64,000 bases of DNA from Adineta vaga. Its lineage: Eukaryota > Animalia > Rotifera. Positions 62,405-64,000 of this stretch are shown here, piece by piece. Below the pieces are notes generated by a model. It ran no database searches and was not told where the DNA came from. It saw only the letters and a program-made list of their open reading frames with translations. Location: the NCBI GenBank assembly GCA_021613535.1, contig CP075494.1, forward strand, positions 6,944,001-7,008,000, read 5' to 3'. Position 1 is the first letter of the stretch. Every line of letters begins with the position of its first letter. Made by a program: the position numbers and the translations under genes.

Positions 62405-63538
62405 ATGTCAAAAACGTTTTTTGAAACTTCTACACATAGTGACGTCTATGCTCAATGTCGACCAACATATCCAATTGAGTTAATCCGAAAAATTCTTGAC
62501 TATTTATCGATTAAAGTATATATTTGTTCAATCTAGTATCAATTGCTTTCAATGTATTCATTTACTATAGCACATTATCAAAAATGATGATCTTGTTATT
62601 GATATTGGTTGTGGAACAGGTCAAAGTACTGCTTTACTTCAACCTTACTTTGAACGAATTATTGGTAGAAAGATTCATTATATCTTGCTTCATTGTCGTA
62701 TTCTCTGGTTTTTCTAGGATATGATATCAGTGAATCTCAAATAAAAAAAGCCAATGAAAGCAATACATTTTCGAATATTAGTTACAAGTAAGATAAACTT
62801 ATTAATTAGTCAAGATAGATTATTCTTTTCTGTAGAGTGATCAATGGACGTGATATTCCTCATGAAGATTCTTCATTAACTTTAATCATATCTGGTCAAG
62901 CAGCACACTGGTTTGATCTGCCGTATTTTTATAAAGAAGTTCAACGCACACTGAAGACGAATGGTGTTCTTGCTCTATTTGGTTATGCATTTGTTCAAAC
63001 TCATGGACAAAACTCCGAAAAATTGAATGAAATCCTAGAAAATGTAATCAAATAAAGAGTAAACATTGACTTTCTACTGATGATTTTTAAATAGTTTTAT
63101 CATTGTACCTTGGATGGATACGTTCAACAGGAAAGTAAAGAAGTATATTTTGGCCGTTATCGAGATGAAAAATTTCGTATTCCACTTTCGTCAACTGAGT
63201 TCATCAGGTAAAAAGGTTGGATACAATGAATATCAATATCATTTTTTCTCATTATTTCTAGGGATGAAAGTCTTACTATTCAATGTCAATGGTCAATTCG
63301 AAGATTGTTAGGTTATATAGCATCATGGTCTGGTTCTCAACATTTTCTAAAACAACATCCAAATAGTACGATTTTAGATGAACTTCAGACCGAGTGAGTA
63401 ATAAAACCATTCGATATAATTTCATGTTTTCAATTTTGATTTTTTAGCATCTTTCAATGTCTCGATATATTTGATGATGAACATGAACTTTGTCTTTCAT
63501 TTGATATATTTATTTTAATGAATCGTAAAGATGAATAA
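62405..63538 (+). CDS. Class I SAM-dependent methyltransferase (Methyltransf_11-type)
   Basis: YAQCRPTYP, VIDIGCGTGQST, GYDISESQI, GQAAHWFD, LKTNGVLALFGY, GYIASWSG. Confidence 0.88.
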
Positions 63539-63571
63539 TGTAAAGATTTCATTTTTGATTCTTTTCAGATT

Positions 63572-64000
63572 ATGACAGACGAAATCGATCCTAATCGTTG
63601 TCAATATGTATGTCCACGAAAACAACGACAATGTAAAATGTTACCCTCGACATCATTATCTACACATTGTATGGAACATGTACTTCATGATCCAAATTTA
63701 GACGAGGTAAAGAGAAGCGATCAGCACTATTGGGAATTGAACTTGCGTTAGAAGAGAATTCGTCACTAAAAATGCTCAATAACATTTTTGAAATAAAAAT
63801 TCTCTTAACTTTAGACGACTAAACAATCTTTACGCATTCCATGTCCATTGGATCCATTGCATTCAATATCACCACATGATCTAAAACGTCATATACGTAA
63901 ATGTAATCAACGGCCTATCATTCTTGGACCCTTTCATCGACCTCAATGTAATTCCGGACTTGAATGTGATAATCATGATGATTATCCAAGTATACTTCAA
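63572..64000 (+). CDS. TRMT13: tRNA:m4X modification enzyme TRM13 (5' part; truncated by the window end)
   Basis: RCQYVCPRKQRQCKM...HCMEH (CCCH finger) and RIPCPLDPLHSI...LKRHIRKCN (CHHC finger). Confidence 0.85.

Noticed and set aside
63525-63572. Methyltransferase-TRMT13 fusion by cis-splicing
   Set aside because: Joining GT 63525 to AG 63568 puts TRMT13 out of frame and reaches a stop within a few codons.

Overview
Eukaryotic, very AT-rich, gene-dense genomic DNA with short (mostly about 45-65 nt) GT-AG introns. The gene content, intron size and composition fit a bdelloid rotifer (Adineta/Rotaria-like); this is an inference, not confirmed. I reconstructed about 28 protein-coding genes by hand-splicing the ORF fragments. 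Conserved genes: LUC7-like, REEP5, LSM4, Rad6/UBE2A-B-like, FKBP4/5, TMEM144, ALX homeobox, ANAPC4, nanos, neprilysin (M13), cytochrome b561, MyoD-like, LRRC58, YTHDF, SCYL2, BCAP31, CDC123, a class I methyltransferase and TRMT13 (truncated by the window end). The most interesting elements are: (1) a tandem array of six highly diverged paralogs (12.9-19.8 kb) encoding a helical coiled-coil domain plus a C-terminal TAX1BP1/NDP52-type C-x2-C-x15-H-x3-H zinc finger, head-to-head with an LRR-Roc-COR (Roco) gene; (2) an intronless J-domain/ankyrin/NEURL4-type ADP-ribosyltransferase gene split by an apparent 2-nt deletion; (3) an operon-like CDC123-methyltransferase-TRMT13 cluster with a 33-nt intergenic gap containing a splice acceptor; (4) poison-exon candidates in LUC7 intron 1; (5) a Pro/Gln/Met tandem-repeat orphan protein; and (6) a double-MRH-domain membrane receptor. 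I found no CRISPR arrays, rRNA, canonical tRNA or recognisable transposase. All family assignments come from motif recall, with no database searches, and exon boundaries are manual.
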